A stretch of DNA of 63,497 nt, the filler included, from Kipferlia bialata (taxonomy: Eukaryota), in assembly GCA_003568945.1 (NCBI GenBank). It is 4 parts of 4 records of this genome, joined end to end, with 100 filler letters (N's around TTAATTAATTAA, not from the genome) between each part and the next. Parts side by side here need not be neighbours in the genome. Positions count along the whole stretch, not along the records: positions 19,733 to 50,275 come from BDIP01000122.1; 3 more parts are not named here. One strand, given 5' to 3'. The notes beneath the pieces were generated by a model that worked only from the letters and a program-made list of their open reading frames with translations, was not told the DNA's origin and made no database searches. Position numbers and translations under genes: made by a program. Of the stretch, positions 24,235 to 40,260 are shown piece after piece (the stretch's first letter is position 1; every line of letters begins with the position of its first letter).

Positions 24235-27200
24235 TCAGTATAGTATCTAATGTATATACCTCTCACCCCAGTTGGAGAGGACAGCCCCCTCAACAGACAG
24301 ACCCTGCTCATCCTGGATGAGGTAGATAACAATTTATATATATTCTAGTATATAGTGATATTGAAATATCTAGTATACATATGGAGTGATAGACAGACCG
24401 TACTCATCCTGGATGAGGTTAGTTATCTATGTTTATACCCCTTACCCTAGGTCCACCTCCTTGGCACTGGCAGGGGTGCAGTCATTGAGACACTGGTGAT
24501 GAGGACACTGCAGCACACAGAGATCACCCAGAAGCCTATCAGAAGTGAGTAGACAGTATATCTCTCTCTCTCTACACCCTTTATTCACACTCAGTCATGG
24601 CCCTCTCTGCCACTGTGCCCAATGTCTCTCTCTCTCTCTCCCCCTCTCTCTCTCCCCCTACACCCTTTATTCACACTTAGTCATGGCCCTCTCTGCCACT
24701 GTGCCCAATGTCAACGACGTGGCAGAGTTCCTCAGGATTCCAGGTTGGTTATACAAATACTCTTTACACTTCATTTCTGTGGTTACTGTTTAGAATATTT
24801 GATACATTAATGGAGTCAGAGGATCTCCACATAAGTATTATTTCTATGGTTTATCTACATTATTCTTCTAACCCTCAGAGACCTCTAGACACGTGTTTGG
24901 CCCCGAGTGGAGACCCATCCCACTGGCCCAGAGGTTCATAGGTATGTATATGTATTTTTGTATGTAATGATGGTGATAGTAGTATGTGATGGATATTTTA
25001 GTTAATCGAATGGACTGGTACATACTAGGCCTAGTAGTATTGTGTGTGTTTCTAAATGGTATTTGGTTTCTAGGACCCCAAGGCCACTCCCCATCAATAT
25101 AGAAGTCTATCTAATGACGTAGTATATCAATCTTTGTATCAATATGTATACATGTATGTATCTAATCCTCCAGGCGTGAAGGACCCCAAGGCCACCAACC
25201 TATTCGCACTATGAATCAGAATGCATGTGATATATATATATCACATATAGTTATGAGGGATACCATATGTATATATATAACCCCAGGTGTCAAGGACCCC
25301 AAGGCCACCAACCGCAAGATATATATATGTATTATTACTATTTATACTATTGTATAATTCATTTAGTGTAATGTATGTATCTAACCCCAGGTGTCAAGGA
25401 CCCCAAGGCCACCAACCGCAAGAGGGAGAGAGAGATGGCGAGGGAGAGAGACCCTATGGCTGAGGAGTCTGCGGCAGACAGAAAGAGAAAGGAGAGACAG
25501 CAGGTATATATGTATATATACTCTGTATATACCCATGTAGTATTTCCATTATATGACTATCAGAGAGAAAGGAGAGGCAGCAGGTATATTGTATATATTG
25601 AATATGAATACATCTTTGGGCGAGGACCAATGCATAAAGACACATGAATATATATGCAATATAATGATGTATATATGTGTGTATAAACATAATATCTCAC
25701 CCCCAGCGCATGGGCGAGGATGAGGTTATGGACTCCATTGTGCTGGACATTGTGAGGTATGGGTATATATATTCTCTATGTATAATAGTATCAGGTGTCC
25801 CTATAGATATCCATCTAGATACTACCGCAGTATATACTACTCTGACCCCCCCAGCGAGGAGGTCATGAAGGGCAGGCAGTGCCTATATACTATACTATAT
25901 ATGTAGTCACTGTGTATATATCTACGCACACGCACACCTCTCTTTCTCATATATACACCTCTAACCCCCAGGGAGGAGGTCATGAAGGGCAGGCAGTACA
26001 AATAGTGTATAAATACTAAGTGTCTATATTGATAGACATGTATAGCCATGTATTCTGAGTGTAAATGTCTCTAACCCCTAGGGAGGAAGTCATGAAGGGC
26101 AGGCAGTGCCTGGTGTTCCTACACAGCAGGGCAGGGTGAGTATATGTACGCCATATAGTACCTTTAGGAGTTAATACATTGCTATATCGATGTGTGATGA
26201 ACCCACGCGCCCGCAAAGATTTTATTTCTTTACATATTACTTTTCTATTTATTATAAATATTTATGTATGGTTACAGGGTATGTATGTGTCTTCCGCTCT
26301 CTCTATATATATACTGTATACTATAACACTAACAGCACCACGCCAGTAACTGATGGGCCATGATGACCCATACTCTCTCTCTCTCTCTCTCTCTCTGTTA
26401 GTCTTGTATACTATAAGTATACTAACATCAGCACTACCAACATGTGCCAGTACCTGATGGGTCAGGACATACCAGGCATAGACAACATAGACCCACACCT
26501 CAAACAGCAGAGATCAAGGTATACAAGTATATGATTTACTAATATTACACATACATATATATACACATACATATACAAATATATATATGTATATATACAT
26601 ATATATACATATATACATACATATACATGTATATGTATATATATTTTAGTAGTGCAGACACTGACCCCCAGGATAGCTGCCAAGTGCCGCAACCCAGACC
26701 TCGGACCACTCCTGCAGGTACTCCTCTCTCTCTCTCTCATGGACCCATATGGGTTTGCATACATATTTATACATTTTGTGTACATTGGTCTTTCAACAAT
26801 TGAACGTGAAATGTATACAAATATTCTTCATTTATCCTCTAGGAGGGCTTTGGGTGTCACAATGCACATCATACGTTGTATGTGATATATATGTACAGAT
26901 ATGTATACATATATATTAACCCCTAGGAGGGCTTTGGGTTCCACAATGCTGGTCTGGCCAGGAGTGACAGACTCAACGTGGAGAAGCTATTTAGGTGTGT
27001 CTATAACCCATATTATATAGAATGAGTGGGAATCCTTTCAGGTATTTTGTGGTACATATAGTGGTGCGTCTAGTGTATATATGATAGTGTGATAGTGGCT
27101 ACATGTCTGGCCAGGAGTGACAGGCTCAACGTGGAGAAGCTGTTCAGGTATAGAAGAGAAGGACCGATCATGGCATTACATATTTGTCCATAATGTGGTG

Positions 27201-27372
27201 CTTGAGAGGCTCATACGAATAACAGTTCATATATATATTGACGTGTGCATTCAAGTCGTTCAATTGGGGTGTTCTGGGTGTATTATCCTGCAACACACAC
27301 TCTCTCTATCTATATGTCCTCTTAACCATCAGAGATGGCGCCCTGCGTGTCCTGTCGTGCACTGCCACCCTA

Positions 27373-27403
<31 letters not shown>

Positions 27404-30400
27404 TCTAACCATCAGAGATGGCGTGCTGCGTGTCCTGTCGTGCACTGCCACACTCTCTCTCTCTCTCTCTATATATATACTTACCCCTAGAGATGGTGCC
27501 CTGCGTGTCCTGTCCTGCACTGCCACCCTGGCCTGGGGTGTCAACCTACCCGCACACACGGTTATTATTAGGGTAAGGAGGATATGTATATATGTAGCAT
27601 ACTACAGTACTCTAGTATGTATACAGAATACTAGTATAGTTGATATTATTTATATACCAGTAGGGTAATGTAATTCTTCTTTCTCTCTCTACAGCCTTGA
27701 ACTGGTAGGGTGCTACTTTCTCTCTCTCTCCCCTTTCTACACCCTTTTACCCTCAGGGCACCGATGTCTACTCCTCTCTCTCTCTCTCTCTCTCTCTACA
27801 CCCTTTTACCCTCAGGGCACCGATGTCTACTCCTCCGAGAAGGGAGGCATGATCGACCTGAACATCCTGGATGTCCAGCAGGTAATATTGATATTTAGTA
27901 CTCATACTAATAGTATTTCATGAAATAGTCATGTAATATATATACAATCGACGTGCAGCAGGTAATATACTTAATGTAGATGTATAGACACCGATATATA
28001 TATATATATACATATGCTATACGTATGTATATACAATATATGGAAGAGGCATGATCGACCTGAACATCCTCGACGTGCAGCAGGTATGAACACGCGGCAC
28101 TCACTATGTCTGAAAGAAGTATTTTCTGTTATCAGTAATTGCATGGTTTTCTTGTTGTGAGCCGGAACTAATGTCTTTTTACTAACCCCCAGATCTTTGG
28201 CCGTGCCGGTAGACCCCAGTATACACACATATATATATACATATATACTATATTCAGTGTATATGAGTATATATTTCTAACTCCCAGATCTTTGGCCGTG
28301 CCGGCAGACCCCAGTTCCAGGCAGAGGGATACGGAGTGCTCATCACAAAGCAGGTACAATAATTGTATAATATGTATATAATATACACATACACATATAT
28401 GGCTATTGATAAACACATATGTGTGTTACCGTTTTGCATGTCTGGTATATATATGTCCTGGGTCTAGGCAGGGAGATGGGGAGTGCTCATCACGAAGCAG
28501 GTGCATACACATAATGCTTCTCTCTCTCTCTCTCTCTTAGTGTGTATGTGTATGGAAGTATTGTTCTGTTTATGTATCGTTTCTCACCCCCCAGGCCAAG
28601 CTCCCCCAGTACATGAGACAGCTGCTGAACCAGGCCCCGCTAGAGAGTGTACGTGTATCAGAGTAGACTTTAGCTATGCGTGTTTAGTTACCTTTACCAT
28701 TTATCTGTTTACCCCTATTCCAACATTTCCCACCTGACAGACATCCTCAACGCATATACATATTCACATATCAATCATTTATACATGTATATAGTTACCT
28801 TAGTAGTATTCATGTAATCTCTACTACATATCCACTATATTCTATACTATAAACACTGACCTATAGGTCATGATCTCCCACCTGACAGACATCCTCAACG
28901 CAGACACTCTTTCATATTTATATCATGAATATCTAATGAATCATTGATATGAGTATATATATAATGTATGCTTACCTTCAGGTCATGATCTCCCACCTGA
29001 CAGACATCCTCAACGCAGAGATATATACATACTGAGATTGTACTAGGGAACATCAGGTGTGTTTCTATAATGATAAATATTTATGATCACGTGTACACTC
29101 TTGATTACATGTTTCTCCATTTATATTTATGTCTTTCCTCTCGCCATATTCCATATGTAAGAACTGGAAAACTTAATAGTACCCGACTCTCTCTCTTCCT
29201 CTCACCCCCAGCACTCTGGGAGAGGCCGTAATTTAGATAATGATAAATATTTATAAAACTCTATAGTACCTGACTCTCTTTCTCTCTCTCTCTCCTATCT
29301 CCTATCGATCTCACCCTAGTACTCTGAGAGAGGCCGTGACCTACATGAGCAGCTCATTCCTGGATGTCAGGTACTATGTCTATCTCTCTCTCTATGTATT
29401 TATATATTTATGTATTTATATTAGTATATTTATATATCTATATTAATATATACATATGAGTTGCTCATTCCTGGACGTCATGACATCTATTAATTCCCCT
29501 CTCATTCTGCTAGTATCTGTCTTTCTCTATATATACACCTCTTACCCCCCAGGATGAAGTACAACCCCCTCTTCTATGGGTCATCATGTACTTCTCTCCC
29601 TCTCGTTATAATGCCAATATGTATATATATATATATATACACCTCTTACCCCCCAGGATGAAGTACAACCCCCTCTTCTATGACTCATCATGTATTTCTC
29701 TCTGTCTCTGTCTCTCTCTCTCTCTCTCTCTCCCGTATATCTTATCCTCAGGATGAAGTACAACCCCCTCTTCTATGGGTCATCCTGCACAGGGGTGGCC
29801 AGGCAGTCATCCATGGACAGGTATGAGATATATTATTATGAGATACTTGTCTAATTTAATATAGTAGTATGTACTAGTTTCATTCTCTTTCTTAGTATAT
29901 AAGCAGGGGTGGCCAGGCAGTCATCAATGGACAGGTATACTGCATATATATATATATGCATACACGTAAAGTTGAATGGGAGTATATATACTCCTATTGC
30001 AAGTGTATGTGTTTGTTGAGGTGGCCAGACAGTCGTCGATGAACAGTGTAGCTGTATACCGATATTGTATACAGTTTCTATTCTTTTCTTTGTAGCTTTC
30101 TCCCCCCATATATCCAGGCTCCCATTATGTCAAGTACATACACACACACATACACATATCTATATATACATACTCTTCGGATACGTCTCACTCTCAGACT
30201 GCGTGAAGTGTGCCGGGCTGCCATTGAGAACCTATATGATATTGTATACCTTTTGTATTATTAGATATTATCTCTTGTGTGGATATACCTTCCTTACACT
30301 TAGACTGCGTGAGGTGTGCCGGGCTGCCATTGAGAACCTGGTCAGACTCAGGATAGCATCCTTCAACCAGAAGGCAGACAGTACGTGGATAGTATATAGT

Positions 30401-33400
30401 ATATAGTATAGTGTATATAGATATATAGATATATACTCAGAATAGCATCCTTCAACCAGAAGGCAGACAGTACGTATAGAGTATATATGTAATATAGTGT
30501 ATAGTATAGTGTATATCTTGATATCTCTATGTATGAACTCAGGATAGCATCATTCAACCAGAAGGCAGACAGTACGTATTCAATGATTTATGTTTCTATT
30601 ACATTGTATATACAGTATCTATACTTGCAATTTATGATTCACTCGACAGGGTGGCCTCGCAGTATCTGTAGTCATCAAATCTACCTTAGTATATCTACTA
30701 TACTACTATATCTAATACCAGTTGTGTCCACCACCGAGCTGGGCAGGGTGGCCTCGCATTATACAATTATACAATATATGTATATATGCATATATTCATT
30801 TGTGTATATCTAACATCAGTCGTGTCCACCACCGAGCTGGGCAGGGTGGCCTTTCAGTGTATATATACAAATTGTTACATAGAGTATATGTATACATATG
30901 TATACTCTCTAATACACTAACACCAGTTGTGTCCACCACCGAGCTGGGTAGGGTGGCATCACAGTACTATGTGGACCCAGAGAGTGTGGCCAGGTACTAT
31001 TATTTGTAACACTAACAGTGTGCATATTGTAATGTATCAATTTGTCTATGAGATAATCGTGTTTATGTCTCACCTCTAGGTTTGCCTCTGCCTTCAGCGA
31101 GTGTCACTCCAATGATGGAGTCCTGTCCTACAAGAAGCTGCTGGCTCTATTGGCTACAAGCAAGGTACATGTATAGCAGTCAACTCTTGGCAATACAGAT
31201 AAATATATACGGATAGATTGAAGAGTTTGCCTTTTCATTATTAATAATCTTGTACCGTACTATAGTTATATGTCCCAGCTGTTTGAGTCCCTTCGAGAAA
31301 GCTCTATCTGACCACTTCTTTACTGACATATATACAGATATTTCTTTATGCTCACTTCAGGAGTTTGAGTCCCTGCGTGTGAGGCGGGAGGAGCAGGGGG
31401 AGATTGACTCACTGTCAGGGTGTGTGGACAGAGTCAAGGAGACGTTTGAAGGTATACATGCACTTAGCTTAGTATACGTTTATATATATGTGTGTATATA
31501 CAGGTAACAATATGTTGTTCTAACCCCCCAGGTGGCTCTGACGGTGGAGGTGGCAGGGGCAGGAAGAGTGGCAAGGGCAAGGGGAAGCAGCTACTCAAGC
31601 AGGTTGGCCGTGTATTTATCCTAGAATTGATAGTCCACATGTATTCTACTATCTATGTATTTGTATATGAGTATCTGCCTCTACCTCAACTCTCTGGTAG
31701 GCCAGGGAAGGGCAAGCACAAGGACAAACTAATATATGTAAACATGTGTATCTGTAAATAAATTCTAATTATTATATATATATACACCTTATCTCAGCTC
31801 TCGGGCCGCCCCGGGAAGGGCAAGCACAAGGGCAACAGAGAGCTGTGTCCATATGACCTGGACGGGGGGATAGAGGAGTACTCACACGAGCACAAGGTAT
31901 ACAAACTGCTCTGGACTGTCTGAATTGTATTTGTTCCAGTCCTACTCATATCTTATAATGCAGGTGTTTGTCCTCGTCCAGGTCCACATATCAGGAGGAG
32001 ACCCTACAACAGGTATCGCACACGTGTAGAATATTTCAACGTGTGTTCACCGTGCTGAAGATCTCTTTTGATATAGTGTGAAACTCTAACCATAAGGTTC
32101 CCTCATCAGCGACACCAACTACATCATGCAGAATGCCCCCAGGATCCTCAGGGCCATGTTTGAGATTGCACTCAGCATCCAGGTATAAATATATATATAT
32201 GTATATATACATAGGGTATATGTAGTATAGTGTAGTATACATATATATATATATATATATATGTATATGCACCCAGGATCCTCAGGGCCATGTTTGAGAT
32301 TGCACTCAGCATCCAGGTATAATTATATATATATGTATATATTGAGGGTATATATATATATATATGTAGCATGTATATATATACGTGTATACTTAGGATC
32401 CTCAGGGCCATGTTTGAGATTGCACTTAGTATTCAGGGTTATATTTATATATATATATACGTATTTGTATTTAGGTAATATACATATATACCGAGACATG
32501 TGTGTTGGATTTGCCTATTGTATCATAGCCACACTTATGTCTTATCCTAGCTCCCCCACACTGCCGTGAGCCACTTACTGCTGTGAGACTTATGTATGTA
32601 TTATCAAACACATGTAATTCTGCGCATGTATTGTACTAATATGTATCCTACTTACAACAGCTCCCCCACACCGCTGTGAGACTACTTGAACTGGCCACAG
32701 CAGTGGAGCACAAGACATGGCACTTCATGAGTCCTCTCTGGTGAGATTGTATATATATACAAATGATTATATATCTCTATATCTGTATATTGGGAGAGAG
32801 TACGTATATATTAGTGGAGCACAAGACGTGGCACTTCATGAGTCCATTGTGGTACCGTGGCTATATTTGTACTATATATGGCATGTACGTGTATATAGTG
32901 ACGTACACTTACTCTCTAGGCACGTTGTTGGCACCAACCGACTGACTGGAGATGTGGTCAGAAGACTCGAGCAGCACAGTGCAGTCTCACACATGAGGTA
33001 AGATATAAATGCTAATGTGTATACATATATGTATATATGTGTGGATATGTATATGGAGCAGCATAGCGCAGTCTCTCACATGAGGTAAGATATGAATGCT
33101 AATGTGTATACATATATATATATGTGTGTGTGTGTGTATATGTATATACATATATATGTGTGTGTGTGGGATATGTATATGGAGCAGCTTCGTATCACAC
33201 ATGAGGTATTTTTGTATATGGTTTGTTATATATATATATATATACAAAGTAAATTTAACTCTTCTATATAGTATATATTAGTAGTATATATAGATAGTAT
33301 GATATATACTCGAGCAGCACGGCGCAGTCTCACACACGAGGTAACACTAGTATAGTATTTTGTGTACACCAAGGGTTTCCTATTCTTTCAACATCTCACC

Positions 33401-35382
33401 CCAAGACTTGACAATGTCGAGAACATCCTGGCACTGGACAACCAGGAGATCAGGACAATCACAGGTATGAAAGAGAGACCTTTAATCACTACTTGCTAGT
33501 TTTTATTCAATACAATTTCACTAAAACTTTACATCCTGATTCATTGGACAACCAGGAGATCAGGACAATCACGGGAAGTGAGTGTAGTATTGGAGATGCC
33601 ACGGATTTCTAATCCCAGGTCTCAAGGACGTTGGTCCCTTGGTGAAGAGGGCAGCCATGCGCATTCCAAGGTAACCCTTAGAGGATACAGATATATACAC
33701 TAATGCTATCCAAATATATGTTAGTCTATCATTTTTATATTTGTATGTGTGTCATATCTGGCAAGTAACTTGCATTCCAAGGTAAATACGGGATTGAGTG
33801 TATAATTTCTATAGTATATATGGTTATATACACAGTTTATTACTTGTATCAAGAGGGCTTGTATCCGATGGTCAAGAGGGCAGCCATGTGCATTCCAAGG
33901 TACATATGAATACAGCATTCTATATAAACCTGTGCAGTTAGAGTAAGTAAATTGCATTTCACTGTATTTGCTACCCCTCACCTCCAGACTGGAACTGATT
34001 GCCGAGGCCAGGCCTGTGTCGTGCAGGATCTTGAAGGTTATATCAAAGTATTGATTGACACTATATGATATTGACTGGCGTTACTCACCCCCAGCTAGAT
34101 GTTGTGTTGAGGTGCACCTTTGAGTGGGAGAAGAGACTGCACGGGTCGAGGTACCTATATATATATAGGGATATATATGTATATATATATAGATTAGGCT
34201 TCACTGGTCGTGAGGTTATTCACTTTCATATCTATGTTGGTCTTTGAGTTTGTAGTTTGCAATGGATATATGTGAATTTGTTCCTTTGAGGGGAAGAAGA
34301 TACTGCACGGGTCGGGATATGAATGTTCGACACATTGTATATGTAGTACATACTATATTCATCTTAATAGTGTTTATAGTGGCATATATGTACACTACTG
34401 ACTGTCAGTGTGGGCTTCTGGGTCATGGTGTATGACCCCATCAACTCTATACTTCATGATAAAGAGTACATGTATATATTGATTTATATATTTATAATGG
34501 TATCTAGTAGTGCATAACACGTATACTAACTCCTTCAGTGTTGGGTTCTGGGTCATGGTCTATGACCCCATCAACTCTGTGCTGCACCACTCGGAGAGGG
34601 TCATGTTTGACAAGGTATTATTGATAAGGATATATACTATACTCTGTATAGAAACATGAATTATGTGTTATAAGTATAGTATATATATTACATTATATGT
34701 ATTCTACTCTGTGCTGCACCACTCAGAGAGGGTCATGTTCGACAAGGTATTTCTCCTATACGCTATAATAAGACAGTTACGATTATGTATATTTCAGTAG
34801 TTCTATTTATACTCTGTGCTGCACCACTCAGAGAGGAGTCATGTTTGATAAGGTGTGTAACTCTCTCCCTCTCTCTCTATATTCACATATACATATACAC
34901 TCTGTCTATACACTAACAATAGGCCATGGCCAATAGCAATGTCACCCTCCCCCTTGCTGTCAGACTGGACCCCGATGTCTATGACGGGGAGTACCCCAGG
35001 ACACTGTATGTGTGGAGCATTCCAGGTACTGTGTTAGTCTTACATACCCGTGAGTACAGATGTATAATTCCAGGCAACCTCTGCTCTCTATATAGTGGCA
35101 CACTCGTAGTATGGGGCATTTTCCTCTCCCTCTACACCCTTTTCCCCGACCCTACACCCCTCTTAATCACACCCTACCCCCTCTAACCCCAGACAACTGG
35201 GCTGGCAAGGGCACACTGCAGAGCATAGAGGTCAACCTCACAGGTATGTGTTGGTGTTATATATCCACGATTTCAATTAATAACAATAAGCACACACACA
35301 TTTATATATATACACAATTATACATATATATAGATATAGATAAGAACTGGAATGTAAATCTCATAGAGGTCAACCTCACAGG

Positions 35383-35413
<31 letters not shown>

Positions 35414-37301
35414 TGTAGTATATATATATATGTGTGTGGAGAGATGTGTTTAGTCTATTATTGATGTCGTTGTATATATGTCAAAGAGGTCAACCTCACA
35501 GGTGGGGTTATGAGATTGTATATATTGTATACATAGGTCATATTGACATTGTGTATAGTAAATGAGAGTTGTTGTGCTAGTTTGTGCCATTTTCACCCTA
35601 ACCCCAGGCCTCATTGTGCCTGAGGAGTCTGGGGAGTACACCAATGTCCCCCTGTTCAGCCCTCTGTCCAAGAGGGCTATGCACTGGCCAGAGGTATATA
35701 TAGGAGTATGAAGTGATCCTATATATATATATATATAAATATTAATATAATGAATACTATACTATGTATGTCCCTCTGTTCAGTCCTCTGTCAAAGAGGG
35801 CTATGCACTGGCCTGAGGTATTGAAATATATTGTGCATTTGTATATCGTTCATTAGTCTAATCGTCCATCCTCACCCCCAGGCCGAGTCTCCGTTTGGAT
35901 TTGACTTCAATCACTATATATACGTCACACATATATATAGGTATACTGTAACATATATGAGTGTATATACATGCTAAAACTGTACTTACCCCCAGGCCGA
36001 GTCTCTGTTTGGGTTTGACTACTTCAACCCCCTCCAGACATCATACTTCCACAGGTTCGTAAGTATTTAGTGTATATAGTATGTATATAGGTCATATATA
36101 CTATGTGGATATGATACCGACACTGATACTGACTACTTCAACCCCCTCCAGACGTCATACTTCCACAGGTAAGGCCATACAGTATGTGTATATATACCAT
36201 GTATGTAGTATATATGTATTTGCACTCTTCAGTGTCAGCCCCCTCCAGACATCATACTTCCACAGGTACGGACATATAATAGAGTATATAGTATATAGTG
36301 CACTGATAGTACATATACCATGTACACAATATATGTTCTTCCACAGGTTCAACTTAGGACTACCTGTTATACATATTCATTCACCATGGCTGCTAACACT
36401 CCGAGGGCAACGTTATCATTGCCTTCAGTATTGCATTACACTATATATACATCGACAATTGATGTATTATCAAAATATGTATTGTATGAATTGTCATACT
36501 CACACTAGGTGCTACCACTCCGAGGGCAATGTCATCATTGGCGCACCCACAGGATCTGGAAAGGTTGGTAGACATATAACTTCTATTGCGCATGAGTACC
36601 ATATGATATACATATTCTGGTAATATGTTTATGGTTGACGTCTATGGTTATGTATCTATGGTGCACAATGTATTGGCACTGTTCTCGCTGATATCCCAGA
36701 CCATTGCTGCCGAGCTGTGTCTCCTCCAGATACCCATCTCTCTCTCTCTCTCTATCTCTCTCTCCATATATANNNNNNNNNNNNNNNNNNNNNNNNNNNN
36801 NNNNNNNNNNNNNNNNNNNNNNATATATATATATACTGTTCTTGCTGATCCCAGACCATTGCTGCCGAGCTATGTCTGCTCCAGATGCTCAGAGATCACC
36901 CACAGAGGAAGGTATGACATACAGTGTGGAGTAATACACCTAGGTGAAGAGTGGTGTATTATACATATTGCACTTTCTGCTAACTCTTAGGCCGTCTACA
37001 TTGCCCCCCTCAAGACCCTTGTCACAGTATATCTCTAGTATTTTTAGCATGTCTCTATCCTCGAGTACATATTAAGCATTACCTTCTAGGCCGTCTACAT
37101 TGCCCCCCTCAAGACCCTTCTTGTCAAGTGTATAGTGTATATATGTGTGTGTGATTGTGTTAACGTTCCTGATTGTGCTTTCTCCAAACTCTTAGGCCGT
37201 CTACATTGCCCCCCTCAAGACCCTTGTGAGAGAGAGGGTCAACGACTGGCAGAAGTTCAGAGCGGTGGGGGCTAGCCTAGTTGAGATTACAGGTGAGAGA
37301 A

Positions 37302-37334
<33 letters not shown>

Positions 37335-40226
37335 AGACCCTTATTGTCAGGTGATGTCCTCCCTGACTCCGATGCCCTTAGGACTACACTTCTCTCTCAC
37401 TCTCTCTCTCTAGACCCTTAATATCAGGTGATGTCCTCCCAGACTCCGATGCTCTGAGGACTGCATCTATCCTAGTGACCACACCCGAGAAGTTCGATGC
37501 TGTCTCAAGGTATATATATATATATATATCATATACCATACAAGTATACTCATGTATTGTTCTTACAGTATGAGTGTATATATACATATATAGTCATTGT
37601 ATCCATGCTAGTGACAACACCCGAGAAGTTCGATGCTGTATCCAGGTATAACACAAAGTATATAGTCATCTTCTGTAAAAAGTTCCTATATATATAGTCA
37701 TTGTATCCTCCTAGTCACCACCACCGAGAAGCTGTGTCCAGGTACTTACTTATCCCGTGCGTCTACCACCTCTTTCTATTTTTCGAAAACTACTCCTATC
37801 TCTGTTGACTATTCTCTACCCAGCGGCAGTGTCATACCCAGGAATCCACATTATATTGAGTCCAAGTGTTTATTACTGTTTCAAATTACTGTATATACTA
37901 TAACCCATAAATACCATAATATATATGGCTTACTATCTCTACCCCCAGGCACTGGCAGACCAAGCGCTTTGTGCAGCTGGTGGGACTGGTCATCATCGAT
38001 GAGGTGTGTAGTATACAGTGTACATTGTATTAGTATATGCAGTGACTATAGTATATATATAGTGACGATAGTGTACACAGTACTATATGGTTTGTGCAGC
38101 TGGTGGGACTGGTCATCATCGATGAGGTACACAGTATGTACTCTGTGAATACATTTAGTAATATACATTGAACGCTCTAGTAGTATACTAGGTGGTTTGT
38201 GCATGCCTAAGTACTATATATGCACAGTAGTGGATGTATTTGTGCCCCCTACTGGGCACAGGTACTAGCAATGATTTGTATTCAGAATATGGTGTATAGT
38301 ACTAGAATAGTATATAATGAATGTAGACTCTCTTCTCACCCCCAGTGCCACCTCCTTGGTACAGACAGAGGCCCAGTGCTGATATGTATATTGATATGGA
38401 TATAGTCAGATATACATATATATGTAGTATGTACTATTTACTATTTGTATGTATATGTACATCTTACACTCAGTGCCACCTCCTTGGCACAGACAGAGGC
38501 CCAGTGCTGGAGAGCATAGTCTCAAGACTGAGGTACATACATTGTATACTGTATATACATGCATTCCTCTTGCTTATGAAATATATGCTATGCATAGTGT
38601 GGAGATTTCATATATATAGATATAGAGTCCATACTCAGGCATCCATCCAACCACTGAAACTATACATATAGTACAATATGATGTGACCAACCTTACCCCC
38701 AGGTTCATCAGTGACATGTTTAGGTCCATACCCATATGAATATAGATATGTTTTGTATAATGAATATAAATGTGAATATAGATGTATTTTGTGTGTAGTA
38801 AGTCTCTGTATGTCACTATTATAACTCACCCCCAGGTTCATCAGTGACCGCTATGCAGAGGCGCACAAGATCAGATTCCTAGGTATGCATACAGTGTGTG
38901 ATGTGTGGAACAGTAGAAGAGTTTTGGGTTGTTATAGTATATTTGGGTCTATTCTATGAACAGTATTCATGGATATAGAGAGGCACACAAGATCAGATTC
39001 CTAGGTGAGAAGAGAAGGAAAGAGAACCCCACACATTGAAACACACTCTCTCCTGTACTCTCTCACATGTTTGTGTCGTCTAAGCGTCTAAGCGTCTGAC
39101 CGTAGGACTAACCACCTCTGTGGCCAACCCCCAAGATATGGCAGACTGGCTAGGGGTAGCCGACACCCATACATTCAACTTCCCCCCTAGTGCCAGGCCA
39201 GTGTCCCTGGAGACACACATTCAGGTATGTCCTAATANNNNNNNNNNNNNNNNNNNNNNNNNNNNNNNNNNNNNNNNNNNNNNNNNNNNNNNNNNNNNNN
39301 NNNNNNNNNNNNNNNNNNNNNNNNNNNNNNNNNNNNNNNNNNNNNNNNNNNNNNNNNNNNNNNNNNNNNNNNNNNNNNNNNNNNNNNNNNNNNNNNNNNN
39401 NNNNNNNNNNNNNNNNNNNNNNNNNNNNNNNNNNNNNNNNNNNNNNNNNNNNNNNNNNNNNNNNNNNNNNNNNNNNNNNNNNNNNNNNNNNNNNNNNNNN
39501 NNNNNNNNNNNNNNNNNNNNNNNNNNNNNNNNNNNNNNNNNNNNNNNNNNNNNNNNNNNNNNNNNNNNNNNNNNNNNNNNNNNNNNNNNNNNNNNNNNNN
39601 NNNNNNNNNNNNNNNNNNNNNNNNNNNNNNNNNNNNNNNNNNNNNNNNNNNNNNNNNNNNNNNNNNNNNNNNNNNNNNNNNNNNNNNNNNNNNNNNNNNN
39701 NNNNNNNNNNNNNNNNNNNNNNNNNNNNNNNNNNNNNNNNNNNNNNNNNCCATCAAGCAGCACAGCCCCAGCAGCCCAGTGATTGTGTTTGTGTCATCAA
39801 GGTATCATATATATATATATATATATGTAATACATTATATTCATATATATCGTTATTGTTATCAAGCAGCACAGCCCCAGCAGCCCAGTCATAGTGTTTG
39901 TATCATCAAGGTACATGATATATATCTATGTATTACAAGGTATCCATATATATAGCTATACTGCCATCAAGCAGCACAGCCCCAGCAGTCCAGTCATTGT
40001 GTTTGTGTCGTCTAGGTACACTATATATATCATATATATATATGTAATACATGGTATATATATATACTTGTTTGTTATAATGTCATCAAGCAGCACAGCC
40101 CCAGCAGCCTAATGATTGTATTCGTATCCAGTAGGTATCATATATATATATGTTATATGGTATCCATTTGTATAGTCGTTATACTGTTACCAAGCAGTCC
40201 AGTGATTGTGTTCGTATCCAGTAGGT

Positions 40227-40260
<34 letters not shown>

